NCBI GenBank assembly: GCA_003164825.1
Contig: PLUH01000177.1
Location: forward strand, 12,231-44,746
DNA: 32,516 nucleotides
From: Hyphomicrobiales bacterium
GTDB taxonomy: Bacteria > Pseudomonadota > Alphaproteobacteria > Rhizobiales > Beijerinckiaceae
Direction: 5' to 3'
In this document: piece after piece, positions 9,722-19,572 of the stretch
Numbering within the stretch: the stretch's first letter is position 1
Layout of the letters: each line of letters begins with the position of its first letter
Position numbers and translations under genes: made by a program
The notes under the pieces: generated by a model
Databases searched by the model: none
Seen by the model: only the letters and a program-made list of their open reading frames with translations
What the model was told of the DNA's origin: nothing

Positions 9722-10683
9722 GTTTCTCTCCCTCTCCATTTGTTGGTTAACTCTTGCCACATATTCGGGATCAGCACCGAGAGGATGAGAAGCCCCCCGA
9801 TCACGTAGTTCTGGGTGTTGCCGGTTATGTCGGCAAGGCCCATTCCGTTGCGAAGGTTCAAGATCACAAGAAGAGCAAGGCCAACCCCAACCAGATTGCC
9901 CTTGCCGCCGAAGATGCTGACCCCTCCCAAAAGGACGGCGGTGATGACGTCGAGTTCGAAGCCCTCCGCCATGTCTCCGCGTACCGACCCCAGGCGCGCA
10001 GCATACAGAATTCCGGCAAGCGCCGCCACAAAGGCCGAGCCAACGAACAAGGCCGCTTTGACCAGGCCTACCCGCACGCCGGAATAGCGGGCGGCCTGAG
10101 CGTTGCTTCCGACGACATAGACAAGGCGGCCGAAAGCGGAGCCGTGGAGGACAATGGCGAAGAAGATGAAGAGTACGAAGAAAATCGCAATCGCTGCTGT
10201 GAGGGGACCGATCAACGCTTGTTGCCCGATTGTGTTGAACCAATCGGGAAAGCCGCCGATCGCGCGGTCTTCCAACAAGATGCGCGCGACGCCCCGATAG
10301 CCGATAAGGCCTGCAAGCGTGACCGCAAGCGATGGCAGGCCGACCCTTGCGATCCAAAAGGCGTTGTTGAGACCGGCGAGAATTCCTGCGCCGAGGGCGG
10401 CAAGGATAGCGGCCGGCATCGGTACGCCGGCGTGGAACGTCCAGGCCATGACGCAAGCCGCGAGGCCCATCACGGAAGCGACCGAAAGATCGATCTCTCC
10501 GCCGATGATGACCAGCGCCATTGTCAGCGCGACAATGCTTTTCTCGATCGACAGCTGAAACAGATTGACGAAATTTCCAACGCTGAGGAAGTAAGGCGAA
10601 CCGACGCTGTTGAATGCGATGATCGCGACCAGCAGCGCGAGCATCATCGCTTCCCAACTTTTGAGCGTCCCAACCGCGCTCAT
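9718..10683 (-). CDS. Sugar ABC permease (RhaQ/LsrD-like)
   Basis: Start at ATG 10683 (ATGA overlap). [43 protein letters not shown]. Confidence 0.93.
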   Translation of the reverse strand: MSAVGTLKSWEAMMLALLVAIIAFNSVGSPYFLSVGNFVNLFQLSIEKSIVALTMALVIIGGEIDLSVASVMGLAACVMAWTFHAGVPMPAAILAALGAGILAGLNNAFWIARVGLPSLAVTLAGLIGYRGVARILLEDRAIGGFPDWFNTIGQQALIGPLTAAIAIFFVLFIFFAIVLHGSAFGRLVYVVGSNAQAARYSGVRVGLVKAALFVGSAFVAALAGILYAARLGSVRGDMAEGFELDVITAVLLGGVSIFGGKGNLVGVGLALLVILNLRNGMGLADITGNTQNYVIGGLLILSVLIPNMWQELTNKWRGRET

Positions 10684-11741
10684 GGTGGCGATGCGCTCTG
10701 TTCGCTGGAAACAGAATCGGTTTCCTTCGCCAGCAACTTTAACTCGGCGCCGCCCCAAAGTTGCCGCAGGCGCTGCAAGATCACCGCGTCGCTCGCCACT
10801 GCTAACAAGATAAGGAGGCCAAGCACCGCGTCGAGCCAGAACTCACTGATGCCCAGGCGGAAGAGGCTCTGCTCGAGCGTGCCGATCATCACGGCGCCAA
10901 GCATTGCGCCCGTGACCGTTCCAGAACCGCCAAAGACATTGACGCCGCCGACCACGACCGCGGCGACCACACTGAGCTCCAGGCCCCGTCCCGCTTCGAC
11001 CGTAATGTTGCCGAAGCGCGCGAGAAGCATGAAGCCGGCGAGCCCGGAGAGAGCGCCGCAGATAACGAAGGCGAGGAAGACAACGCTCTTTATCGGCAGC
11101 CCAATGAGTTGCGCCGCCTCGGGGTTTGATCCGATCGCATAGAAGCGTCGGGCAAAACTCAAATAGGTCGTGCCTATCTGGAATGCGACGACGATGACGA
11201 GCGCAAGCATGAACAGGGCCCGAATGTCGAGGCTGCCGATCGGAGCGACGTTGACCAATGGAAGATCGATAAGCCACTGGGGCAAGCTGTCGGTCGTCAC
11301 CGTCTTGGCGCCGGACAAGTCGACCAGCACGCCGCGGTAGATCGCCAGCGTTCCGAGTGTCACGACGACCGCGGGCACCTTACCCCAGGCCACGATCACG
11401 CCGTTGACGACGCCCAGCGCCGCACCCAGCGCGATCGCGATCGCAACCGCGAGGATGGGGTTTATGCCATTGTGGCTGGCGATCAGCGTCCCGACAAAAT
11501 AGGCGGTGAAGCCGACGATCGAACCCACGGAGAGGTCGATATTGCGCGTCAGCACAACGAGGGTCTGGCCGACGGCGACGACCGTGATGATTGCGACGCT
11601 CGACGCAATCCGATTGAACGTGCGGAAGCTATAGTAGTTGTCGATGAACGATCCGAAGAACACAATGGCCGCCAAGATGAGGACCAGCAGGCTCAACTCG
11701 CGGATCTGCTCCGGGCGAACCCGGCGCTTGAGCCAGTTCAT
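10680..11741 (-). CDS. Sugar ABC permease (RhaP/LsrC-like)
   Basis: [45 protein letters not shown]. Confidence 0.94.
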   Translation of the reverse strand: MNWLKRRVRPEQIRELSLLVLILAAIVFFGSFIDNYYSFRTFNRIASSVAIITVVAVGQTLVVLTRNIDLSVGSIVGFTAYFVGTLIASHNGINPILAVAIAIALGAALGVVNGVIVAWGKVPAVVVTLGTLAIYRGVLVDLSGAKTVTTDSLPQWLIDLPLVNVAPIGSLDIRALFMLALVIVVAFQIGTTYLSFARRFYAIGSNPEAAQLIGLPIKSVVFLAFVICGALSGLAGFMLLARFGNITVEAGRGLELSVVAAVVVGGVNVFGGSGTVTGAMLGAVMIGTLEQSLFRLGISEFWLDAVLGLLILLAVASDAVILQRLRQLWGGAELKLLAKETDSVSSEQSASPP

Positions 11742-13291
11742 GACGGTCTTCCATCGATCGAGTCCGTCGATCTCTGGCCCATGGCCGCGGTCATGACGGT
11801 CTCCTCATTGGCTTCGGCACGATCGAGTATCGCCATCTGCCGCCCTTCTCGCATGATGAGAACACGGTCGCTAAGGACCAGCACTTCGGGCAGGTCAGAG
11901 GAGATTACGATGACGCCGATGCCCTCTGCCGCGAGCTGGCCGATGATCGCGTGCACTTCGGCTTTGGAGCCGACGTCAACGCCGCGCGTCGGCTCGTCGA
12001 GAATTAAGACCGAGGGGTTAGTGTTGAGCCACTTGCTCAACATAACCTTCTGCTGATTGCCACCCGAGAGCTTGGCGACCTCGAGATCGACCGACGGCGT
12101 GCGGATCGCGAGCCGATCGCGAAAAGTGTCAGCTGTTCGGCGCTCCAAACCCGTCCGGACGAGGCCGAGGCGACTGAGGTACCGACGCAGAACCGGCAAC
12201 GTGATGTTGGCGAAGATCGACATCGGGAGAACGAGGCCGAGTTGGCGACGGTCCTCCGAAACATAGGCTATGCCCAAACTCATGCCGTCTCGCGCCGTGC
12301 GGACGGTGACCGGCTTTCCGCCGAGGAGGATCCTTCCAGAAGTGGCAGGTTCGATGCCGAAAAGGGCGAGCCCAACATCGGTCCGACCTGCGCCGATAAG
12401 GCCCGCGAAGCCAAGCACCTCGCCGCGGTGGAGATCGAAGCTAACGCCTTCGAATACGCCCTGGCGTCCCAGATCCGCCACTGAAAGAACGACATCCTTT
12501 TGGGCGCAGGACGTCCGCGCCTTGGTCAAATCAATCTCCCGCCCGACCATGTCGGCGATTGCGCGCTGTGGCGTCGCTTCGAGCCGCGTGCGAGTCGATA
12601 TCAGCCTCCCATCGCGGAAGACCGTGATCTTGTCGGCGATCTCGAACACCTCCTCCATGCGATGGCTGACAAACAGGATTGCAACGCCCTGCCTCTTCAG
12701 ATCGCGGACCAGCTTGAAAAGCTCTTGGACCTCATGTGCAGACAGCGACGCGGTCGGCTCATCCATGATGAGAACACGAACGTTCAGGGAAATAGCCTTG
12801 GCGATTTCGACCGACTGTTGGGCGGCCAGCGTCAGGCCGCGGGCTGGCTTTCGCACGTCGAGCGTCATGCCCAGTTCGGCGAGGATCTTGTCGGCCTCGC
12901 GAAACATCTCTCGCCACCCGACCACGGCGCCGCGATCCTGGTGGCTGATGAAGATGTTCTCGGCGACGTTGAGATCAGGAAACAACAGCGGTTCTTGATA
13001 AATGGCGGCGACGCCGAGCCGCTGCGCCTCGGCGGCGCTGCGAATCGTGACTGGCTGGCCGCCCAGAAGGATCTGGCCGCTATCGGGCTGATGTACGCCG
13101 GTTATGATCTTGATGAGCGTCGACTTGCCGGCGCCGTTCTCGCCAAGCAGGGCATGAATCTCACCGGCGTGCAGCGAAAGCGAGACGTCCTCGAGCGCCT
13201 GTGTCGCGTCGAAACGCTTAGCGACTCCACGAATCTCCAGGATCGGCGCGACGACTACCGCTCCGTCGGCAAGCCCCAGCCCTTCGCTCAT
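11738..13291 (-). CDS. Sugar ABC transporter ATP-binding protein (RhaT/LsrA-like)
   Basis: [47 protein letters not shown]. Confidence 0.96.
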   Translation of the reverse strand: MSEGLGLADGAVVVAPILEIRGVAKRFDATQALEDVSLSLHAGEIHALLGENGAGKSTLIKIITGVHQPDSGQILLGGQPVTIRSAAEAQRLGVAAIYQEPLLFPDLNVAENIFISHQDRGAVVGWREMFREADKILAELGMTLDVRKPARGLTLAAQQSVEIAKAISLNVRVLIMDEPTASLSAHEVQELFKLVRDLKRQGVAILFVSHRMEEVFEIADKITVFRDGRLISTRTRLEATPQRAIADMVGREIDLTKARTSCAQKDVVLSVADLGRQGVFEGVSFDLHRGEVLGFAGLIGAGRTDVGLALFGIEPATSGRILLGGKPVTVRTARDGMSLGIAYVSEDRRQLGLVLPMSIFANITLPVLRRYLSRLGLVRTGLERRTADTFRDRLAIRTPSVDLEVAKLSGGNQQKVMLSKWLNTNPSVLILDEPTRGVDVGSKAEVHAIIGQLAAEGIGVIVISSDLPEVLVLSDRVLIMREGRQMAILDRAEANEETVMTAAMGQRSTDSIDGRPS

Positions 13292-13295
13292 CCTG

Positions 13296-14042
13296 CTAAC
13301 GTCCGCCGGTCACGTCGATTATTGCGCCAGTGACATAGGATGAAGCGTCGCTCAAGAGCCACACAATCGCCTCGGCGATTTCGTTCGCCGTTCCCGGGCG
13401 GCCGAGCGGAGTTGAAGCGCCGATCTTATATGGCCGTTCAGGCTCGCCGTAAGTCGCGTGAATCTCGGTTTCGATGACTCCAGGACGGATCGCATTGACG
13501 CGCACGCCTTCACGGCCCAATTCCTTTGACAAGCCGAGCGCCATTGCATCGACCGCGGCTTTTGAGCCGGCGTAGTCGACGTAAGTGTCGGGCGCGCCGA
13601 TCCGCGAGGCGACCGAAGAAATCAGGACGATCGAACCGCCGTTGCCGCCGCGGCTTTTGTTCATCCGTCGCGCGGCTTCGCGCGCGACCAGATATGCGCC
13701 CAGCACGTTCACGTCGAAAACCTTCCGCATCCGCTCGACGCTCATGTCGACGAGGCGCGACGACGTTGCTGCAACACCGGCATTGACGACAACGCCATCG
13801 AGAGCCCCGAGCGCCTTTGTCGTCGCCTCGAACATGGCGATGACATCGCTCTCGCTCGACACGTCTCCGGCCACCGCGACGGCCTTAGCTCCCGAACGTT
13901 CCACCTCAGCAACAGCGGATTGCGCAGCCGCTTTGTCCTTCAGGTAGTTGACGCCGACCGACCAGCCGCGCTGAGCAGCGAGCAGGCAAGTCGCGCGTCC
14001 GATGCCGCGCGAGCCGCCGGTAACGAGAATAGTCTTGGACAT
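13296..14042 (-). CDS. SDR oxidoreductase (YgfF/glucose-1-dehydrogenase-like)
   Basis: Start moved to ATG 14042 ([15 protein letters not shown]). [24 protein letters not shown]-terminal DVTGGR. Confidence 0.92.
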   Translation of the reverse strand: MSKTILVTGGSRGIGRATCLLAAQRGWSVGVNYLKDKAAAQSAVAEVERSGAKAVAVAGDVSSESDVIAMFEATTKALGALDGVVVNAGVAATSSRLVDMSVERMRKVFDVNVLGAYLVAREAARRMNKSRGGNGGSIVLISSVASRIGAPDTYVDYAGSKAAVDAMALGLSKELGREGVRVNAIRPGVIETEIHATYGEPERPYKIGASTPLGRPGTANEIAEAIVWLLSDASSYVTGAIIDVTGGR

Positions 14043-14228
14043 GGCGCTCGACTCTCTACCCGGAGCGATTGAAGCCGCATCGAGCTCCATCTGGCAAGAT
14101 TGGCGCAGTCGCAAAGCATTTGCAACGGCAACGCCCGGGGAGAAGGCCTTCGCTCGCCGGCGACCTTGACCAGACTTCTGTCGGCAGGCGAAGCTGCGCC
14201 GCAAATTTGCCGGGGAGGATTATCACCG
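14043..14228. promoter_or_regulatory. Divergent promoter region between the SDR/ABC operon and the ketopantoate-reductase-like gene
   Basis: 186-nt gap between divergent starts; GGGGAGG RBS before 14229. Promoter boxes not clearly identifiable. Confidence 0.45.
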
Positions 14229-15170
14229 ATGAAGATCGCAATTCTTGGCGGCGGCGGCGCCATGGGCGGCCTGTTCGGGGGCTATCTGGCGCGCTCCGGA
14301 GAAGACGTCGTTCTCGTCGATGTGTCGCAGGCGTCGGTCGACGCCATCAATCGCAACGGCCTTGCGATCGAAGAGAAGGATGGGTCGACAGCCACGCTCC
14401 GCGTCAACGCTTCATCGGAACCGAGCGATATCGGCCCAGTCGATCTCATCGTCAATTTCGTCAAATGCTACAACACCGAGGCGGCGATCACGGCGGCGGG
14501 GCCTATGCTCGGAGCCAGCACCGCGATCCTGACGCTCCAGAACGGCTGGGGCAACGCGGATCGGATCGCGGCGGTGGCAGGCGGATCGCGGGTAATGGTC
14601 GGACTCACTTATCATTCGGGCACGCTTCTTGGCCCGGGTCGCGTCAAACATTCCGGAAATGGAATGACTCACGTGGGTGAGCTCGACGGCTCTCAGTCGG
14701 GGCGGCTTAAGACCGCAGTCGCGGCCTTTCGCAAGGCCGGCATCGAGACGATGGCCTCTTCGCGCATCATTGACGAAATATGGAAGAAGCTGGCCCTGAA
14801 CGTCTGCACTCTGCCGACCGCGGCGCTCCTCCATTTTACGGCGGATGAACTTATCCAGCACGACGGGTCGCTCGCGCTGATGGAAGGTCTGCTTGCCGAG
14901 GTCGTGGCGGTCGCGAAGGCGCAAGGGATCAACCTGGATCGGTCCGAGCGCTGGCAGGCAATCACCAGCCTGCTCAAGCAGGCGATCGGCGCGCGCGCCT
15001 CCATGCTCCAGGATGTGGAAGCGAACCGGCAGACGGAAATTGATGTCGTCAATGGCGCGATCGTTGAGGCCGGCAAGCGGAATTCGGTGCCTACGCCGTT
15101 CAATGACGCAATGGTCTGGATGGTGAAGAGCCTGCAAGCCAAGTATCTCGCGGCGGCCAAGCAGCGATAA
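14229..15170 (+). CDS. panE: 2-dehydropantoate 2-reductase (ketopantoate reductase, PanE/ApbA family)
   Basis: MKIAILGGGAMG, FVKCY, LQNG, WKKLALN (catalytic Lys), SMLQD...TEIDVVNG (catalytic Glu), VPTP.N; ATG 14229 with RBS. Confidence 0.85.
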   Translation: MKIAILGGGGAMGGLFGGYLARSGEDVVLVDVSQASVDAINRNGLAIEEKDGSTATLRVNASSEPSDIGPVDLIVNFVKCYNTEAAITAAGPMLGASTAILTLQNGWGNADRIAAVAGGSRVMVGLTYHSGTLLGPGRVKHSGNGMTHVGELDGSQSGRLKTAVAAFRKAGIETMASSRIIDEIWKKLALNVCTLPTAALLHFTADELIQHDGSLALMEGLLAEVVAVAKAQGINLDRSERWQAITSLLKQAIGARASMLQDVEANRQTEIDVVNGAIVEAGKRNSVPTPFNDAMVWMVKSLQAKYLAAAKQR

Positions 15171-15203
15171 CGATAGCGTTTGATGACACGCCGCCGCAGC
15201 GGC

Positions 15204-15983
15204 TCACTCTGCGGGCGGACTCTGCAACCACTCTGGAGCGTGTGGGATGCCCTGTATGGTCCAGCCGCCGTCGACGATGATGGTCTGGCCGGTCACGTAG
15301 GAGGCTTCGTCGCCGGCGAGATAGCGCACGGCATTGGCGATTTCCTGCGTGGCGGCGAGGCGTTTCATCGGCACGCGCGCCACCATCCAATCCTCCTGCA
15401 ACGATCCGTCCGCTAGTCCTTGATCGATCAACTTGGTCCGAGTGAAGCCCGGCGCGACCGCATTGACCCGAATACCGACGGAGGCGACTTCAAGCGCCAA
15501 CGCTCGAGTGAGGCCGAGAATCCCAGCCTTTGCCGCGCAATAGGCGCCGCGTCCCGGCAGCCCGACAAACGCCGCGGTCGATGCGATGCTGACGATCGCG
15601 CCGCCCTTGCCGCGCGCCGCCATGCGCGGGACCGCCTCGGACGCGCAGAGGAAGAACCCGTTGAGATGGGTCGAGACGACCGCCGAGAAGTCAGCGAACG
15701 AAATCTTGCCCACAAGGCCGACACGCTGGATGCCGGCGTTGTTGACGAGAATGTCGATCTGGCCTGCCCGTGCATCAATCGCCTTGAAGGCTTGAGCAAC
15801 GCTGACTGGGTCAGTCACGTCGGCTTCGAGATAGGCGACGTCCTTGCGCGGCTCCTCGGCGGCGACCTTGTCGAGGGAAAAAACGCGCGCGCCGTCGGCA
15901 ATCAACCTCTCGGCGATCGCGTCGCCGATGCCGCGCGCGGCGCCGCTCACAACGGCAACGCGGCCCGCAAGCGAACTGGCCAT
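15204..15983 (-). CDS. SDR oxidoreductase, probably NAD-dependent
   Basis: SGAARGIG, Asp after beta2 (SLDK), NNAG, YCAAK, APG, VDGG; AGGAGG RBS. Confidence 0.93.
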   Translation of the reverse strand: MASSLAGRVAVVSGAARGIGDAIAERLIADGARVFSLDKVAAEEPRKDVAYLEADVTDPVSVAQAFKAIDARAGQIDILVNNAGIQRVGLVGKISFADFSAVVSTHLNGFFLCASEAVPRMAARGKGGAIVSIASTAAFVGLPGRGAYCAAKAGILGLTRALALEVASVGIRVNAVAPGFTRTKLIDQGLADGSLQEDWMVARVPMKRLAATQEIANAVRYLAGDEASYVTGQTIIVDGGWTIQGIPHAPEWLQSPPAE

Positions 15984-16014
15984 TTGGCTCCTCCTTCGCC
16001 CCTATCCCGTCCGT

Positions 16015-16782
16015 TCAGTACATCAGCCAGCCGCCGCTGACATTGATGGTCGCACCGGTGACGTAGCCGGCATGGTCCGAGGCGAGAAACAGCACTGCGC
16101 CGGCCAGTTCCGACGGCGCCGCCATCCGTCCGAGCGGAATTGCCGCGACGGTCGCCGCCAACGCCTCGTCGGTCATTCCGCTGCGCATCATCGCCGTATC
16201 TGCGGCGCCGGGCGAGACCGCATTGACCGTTATGTTGTCCTTCGCGAACGAACGGGCGAGCCCGCGGGTCATCGAGACGATGCCGCCCTTGGTCGCGGCG
16301 TAAGCCACGGAACCGCCGAAGCCGCCGCTCCAAAACCCTTGCGAGGTGAAGTTGATGATGCGCCCTCCACGTCCCTGTCGTCGAAAGGCCTGAGACGCCG
16401 CCTGATTGAGGAAGAATGTCGATTTGAGGTTGATGTCATGCTGAAAGTCCCAGTCGGCCTCGGAGACTTCGTCCACGCTCGCGCGGCGCACAAGGACCGC
16501 CGCCGCGCAGACGAGGACGTCGAGGCCGCCAAGCGCGCCGACGACGGTTTCGACGAGCTTCGGATGACCCGCCACCGGGCGCAGATCGGCGGCCAAGGGC
16601 AGATGCGGACCGCCCTCCATCTCGGCGACCACCGCTCTGACTTTGTCTTCGGCCAGATCGACCACTGCGACCCGTGAGCCCGCCGCGCCGAAGGCCAACG
16701 CCACTTCTCGCCCGATGCCGCCGGCCCCGCCGGTCACGAGGACGCGCTTGCCTTCGAGCCCTGACGCCAGATTCCAAGTCAT
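16015..16782 (-). CDS. SDR oxidoreductase, probably NAD-dependent
   Basis: TGGAGGIG, VVDL, YAATKGG, SPG, VSGG. Confidence 0.93.
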   Translation of the reverse strand: MTWNLASGLEGKRVLVTGGAGGIGREVALAFGAAGSRVAVVDLAEDKVRAVVAEMEGGPHLPLAADLRPVAGHPKLVETVVGALGGLDVLVCAAAVLVRRASVDEVSEADWDFQHDINLKSTFFLNQAASQAFRRQGRGGRIINFTSQGFWSGGFGGSVAYAATKGGIVSMTRGLARSFAKDNITVNAVSPGAADTAMMRSGMTDEALAATVAAIPLGRMAAPSELAGAVLFLASDHAGYVTGATINVSGGWLMY

Positions 16783-17117
16783 CGCTGGCTCACTCCGTCA
16801 GGCAGATAAGCCCAGGGTTCCTCGATGTAACAGGAATGAGCCTCGCCGATGAATTTCGCCCGATCCTCGATCAGTATTTCGCGAAACGGATCGGTGGCGA
16901 AGGCCCGGTCGGCATCGGCGATGCTGTCGAACCACGTCTCGCCAACGCCGTCCCACTGAGCTTCCGCCGGAACGCAGCGATCGACGCGGCTGAAACGCAA
17001 TCCGCGCAATCCGGGAAGCTGGCGAATGATCTCCGCGTGGCGTCCGGTCCAATGCGAGAAGAATTCCTGCGGGCTAAGGTCCGACCTGCGGCGGATGAAG
17101 CTGACGCGCCTGATCAT
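16779..17117 (-). CDS. EthD family protein (dimeric alpha/beta barrel)
   Basis: RRSDLSPQEFFSHW...RH...LPGL...WDGVGETWFDS...EDRAKFI is the EthD-type pattern. ATG 17117 or TTG 17123. Confidence 0.85.
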   Translation of the reverse strand: MIRRVSFIRRRSDLSPQEFFSHWTGRHAEIIRQLPGLRGLRFSRVDRCVPAEAQWDGVGETWFDSIADADRAFATDPFREILIEDRAKFIGEAHSCYIEEPWAYLPDGVSQR

Positions 17118-17123
17118 GATCAA

Positions 17124-17618
17124 TCATTTCCTTACGCGCGCCGCCGGCTGGAACAGCTCGAGTGTGATGCCGTCGTGGATACGCAAATATGCAACGCGCG
17201 CGCCGACGTTCGGGCCGCCGTCGACCTCGACCGGGCCCTCACGGCTCACGGGCTTTGCGCCGCAATCGACAGCGTGCTCCCACGCAAGGAGCGCATCTTC
17301 GACAGCGAGGCAAAGATGGATATTGCCTGGATTTGCCGTTGCCTCCGAGTTACTGCTCTTGTCCGGAGCTTCATAGTCCAGCAGTTCAAGAATCACTCCA
17401 CCTGGCAGCTCTACGAATGCTCCCTTGATCGAAACGCCAGGGATGCCGATGATCTTCGCCAGATACGGCCGGTTCAGCAGCTCGCGCCAAAGCGCGGGCG
17501 CCCCGAGGAAACGTTCCCAGAACGCCAGCGCATCATCGATGCTGGCGACGCTCATGCCGACATGATGAACCGCGGTCGCGGTCGCGATCCTTCCCGGTTT
17601 GGCTATTCTGTCGGCCAA
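17124..17618 (-). CDS. VOC (glyoxalase/methylmalonyl-CoA epimerase-like) family protein
   Basis: TTG start at 17618 with GAGGAG RBS. HHVGMSV, ILELLDY, IHLCLAV and TLELFQ supply the H/E/H/E metal ligand set. Confidence 0.85.
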   Translation of the reverse strand: MADRIAKPGRIATATAVHHVGMSVASIDDALAFWERFLGAPALWRELLNRPYLAKIIGIPGVSIKGAFVELPGGVILELLDYEAPDKSSNSEATANPGNIHLCLAVEDALLAWEHAVDCGAKPVSREGPVEVDGGPNVGARVAYLRIHDGITLELFQPAARVRK

Positions 17619-17634
17619 GGCCGTCTCCTCGAGT

Positions 17635-18504
17635 TCAAATTCTGAAAAGCCTTTCGGCGTTGCGCGAGAACATCGCCAGCTGCTCATCCCCGGTGAAGCC
17701 GGAGATGATCTTCGCATAAGCGTTGACCAAATCGGGATAGGAGCTGAACATCCGGTCGACCGGCCAATTGGTGCCGAAGACGACGCGGTCCACGCCAAAA
17801 GCCTCGATGCTGCCGAGAACCCAGGGACGCAGTGATTCGATGGTCCACAGGCGATCCATCATGCCGAGGCCCGATATTTTCATGACGACGTTGTCCGCCT
17901 TCGCCAAAGCGCGCATCGCCGCCGACCAGCGCTTGAGGTAGTCGTCGTCACGCGCCTCGGGGATTGCGCAGTGATCGACGCAGATCATCGTGTCGGGAAA
18001 AGCACCGGCGAGGTCAATGAGATCGTCGAAATACTGGATACGCGTGTCGACGCATGAGACCAGATTGTGTCGCTTCAGATGTTTGAAACCCGCGCGCCAC
18101 GATCCGTCCACAAGGTAGCGTCCATTGCCGAAATCTCGGATGCCTCGCACGTTGGCATAGTGCATGTGACGATCAAGCACCTCTGCAGCGTCAGGATCGG
18201 CAAGACGACATTCCGCGACGATGCCATGCGGGTAACCGGTCCTGTCGGCGAAAGCCTGAATCCACTTCGTTTCGTTAACGGGATCTGGAATGCCGAGCGC
18301 CGCTTGGACGTGGACCGCCTTCGGCACGTTCGCGAAGCGGATCTCGGCGATATAGTCTTCGATCCAATAGTGCTGCGCCTTGATCGCGTCGATGTTGCCG
18401 AGGAAGCCATGGATAGAGTCCGGCTCTAGCCAGGAATAGCGCAGTTCGGGACGCTTCATGTCGTGCAGGTGAAAGTGGGTGTCAACGAGGGGTATTTCGG
18501 CCAC
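17635..18504 (-). CDS. Amidohydrolase family protein (COG3618, sugar-lactonase-like)
   Basis: VDTHFH, VHVQA, VRGIR, VDHC, MKISG, FGTNWPVD, NAERLFRI. GTG 18504 has a GGGAGG RBS (alternative start 18534). Confidence 0.88.
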   Translation of the reverse strand: MAEIPLVDTHFHLHDMKRPELRYSWLEPDSIHGFLGNIDAIKAQHYWIEDYIAEIRFANVPKAVHVQAALGIPDPVNETKWIQAFADRTGYPHGIVAECRLADPDAAEVLDRHMHYANVRGIRDFGNGRYLVDGSWRAGFKHLKRHNLVSCVDTRIQYFDDLIDLAGAFPDTMICVDHCAIPEARDDDYLKRWSAAMRALAKADNVVMKISGLGMMDRLWTIESLRPWVLGSIEAFGVDRVVFGTNWPVDRMFSSYPDLVNAYAKIISGFTGDEQLAMFSRNAERLFRI

Positions 18505-18642
18505 GGCGGCGTGCCTCCCAGCACGGGCTGTCACCGTCGCAGCCCCTGTCGATTCCGCTTCCTGGAAGCGAAAGACTTGTCGGGGCGATCCATAACCGAG
18601 CGTCCTCGCTTGCGCAACACGCGAAGCCAGGCCAGAATAGGC

Positions 18643-18672
18643 TTGCGCGTTTCGACGATGTCTTAATATAGT
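18643..18672 (+). promoter_or_regulatory. Putative sigma70 promoter for the SDR-lactonase-enolase-ABC operon
   Basis: TTGCGC-N18-TATAGT in the only AT-rich patch of the 300-nt divergent gap. Confidence 0.35.
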
Positions 18673-18781
18673 TCCGGCGAAGAGCGGCGCTTGCCGTCGG
18701 CAGGCGATAGTGGGGGCGGCGCGTCAAGGCGGACTATTCGGCAAGACCGCGGAAACGCGCGCGCCAGGGTCGTCGAAACGC
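18647..18781. repeat. 12-bp perfect inverted repeat pair in a divergent promoter region
   Basis: GCGTTTCGACGA (18647-18658) and TCGTCGAAACGC (18770-18781), 111 nt apart. Confidence 0.6.
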
Positions 18782-18805
18782 AGGTGAACAAGGGGCGTTT
18801 CGCGA

Positions 18806-19555
18806 ATGACTCCGCCATCGCAACGGCGTCGTGGCGTGGTGACCGGAGCGGCGAGCGGCATCGGCAACGCCGTCGCCTCCAGAATGCGGCGCGAGGGCGT
18901 CGAAGTCCTGGCGGTCGACATCGATCGCGACGGCCTTAGTCGCTTCGAGGAGGACGGTTGCGAGATCCTCGAAGCCGATATCACCGATCCCGAAGCTCGC
19001 GCCAAGGTGGCCGACTGGGCCGAGGGCGCAAACTACCTCGTCAATTCCGCCGGCGTCATTCTGATCAAGCCGATCTTCGAGTTGACAATCGAGGACTGGC
19101 GCCGTGTGCAGGCGATCAACGCAGAGGCGGCGTTCTTCCTTTGCCAGAAGGTCGGTCCACGACTGACTCCCGGCGGCGCGATCGTCAATCTGTCGTCAAG
19201 TTCGGCAAAGCTCGCGACGACGATCGAAGTCGCCGCTTACGCCGCGTCCAAAACGACCATTCTTTCCGTCACTCGTTCTTTCGCCTACGCCCTCGCGCCC
19301 CGCCGCGTCAGGGTCAACGCCATCCTGCCTGGGATTGTCGACACGCCGATGCAGGATGAGGTGCTGGAGCGGGTGGCGCCAATGCGTGGCCTCACGGCGG
19401 AGGAACTGCACGACGCGAGGACCAGGCTCGTGCCGCTCGGACGCGGGTCGTCGCCCGAGGAATGCGCTGGCCTGGTCTGGTTCCTCCTCTCGGATGAAGC
19501 TGCCTACATGACGGGACAGGCGATAAATTTCACGGGCGGCCTTGTGACCTGGTAA
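18806..19555 (+). CDS. SDR oxidoreductase, probably NAD-dependent
   Basis: TGAASGIG, VDID, NSAG, YAASK, PGIVDTPM, TGQAINFTGG. Confidence 0.92.
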   Translation: MTPPSQRRRGVVTGAASGIGNAVASRMRREGVEVLAVDIDRDGLSRFEEDGCEILEADITDPEARAKVADWAEGANYLVNSAGVILIKPIFELTIEDWRRVQAINAEAAFFLCQKVGPRLTPGGAIVNLSSSSAKLATTIEVAAYAASKTTILSVTRSFAYALAPRRVRVNAILPGIVDTPMQDEVLERVAPMRGLTAEELHDARTRLVPLGRGSSPEECAGLVWFLLSDEAAYMTGQAINFTGGLVTW

Positions 19556-19572
19556 GCGAAGGGAAGGAGACG

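Noticed and set aside
8678-10657. Apparent 659-aa SBP fusion
   Set aside because: The N-terminal half is an alternative frame of the permease. The real start is ATG 9721, with a signal peptide and ATGA coupling.
9754-11142. 462-aa plus-strand ORF and similar long antisense ORFs (7369-8487, 20396-21496, 21872-22786)
   Set aside because: Each lies opposite a well-supported gene and has no domain signature or RBS.
8678-13291. AI-2 quorum-sensing (lsr) operon
   Set aside because: Gene order and SBP subfamily fit, but lsrK, lsrR, lsrF and lsrG are absent, so a sugar importer is more parsimonious.
14092-14107. Possible sigma54 promoter TGGCAAGATTGGCGCA
   Set aside because: It has GG-N10-GC spacing but lacks the TTGC -12 element, and no enhancer-binding protein gene is nearby.
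1926-18712. Shared 10-mer GCGATAGTGG in two divergent promoters, and GATGT...AA-like words near 18657, 29883 and 31951
   Set aside because: Short, non-palindromic and not consistently positioned; I cannot distinguish them from chance without comparative data.
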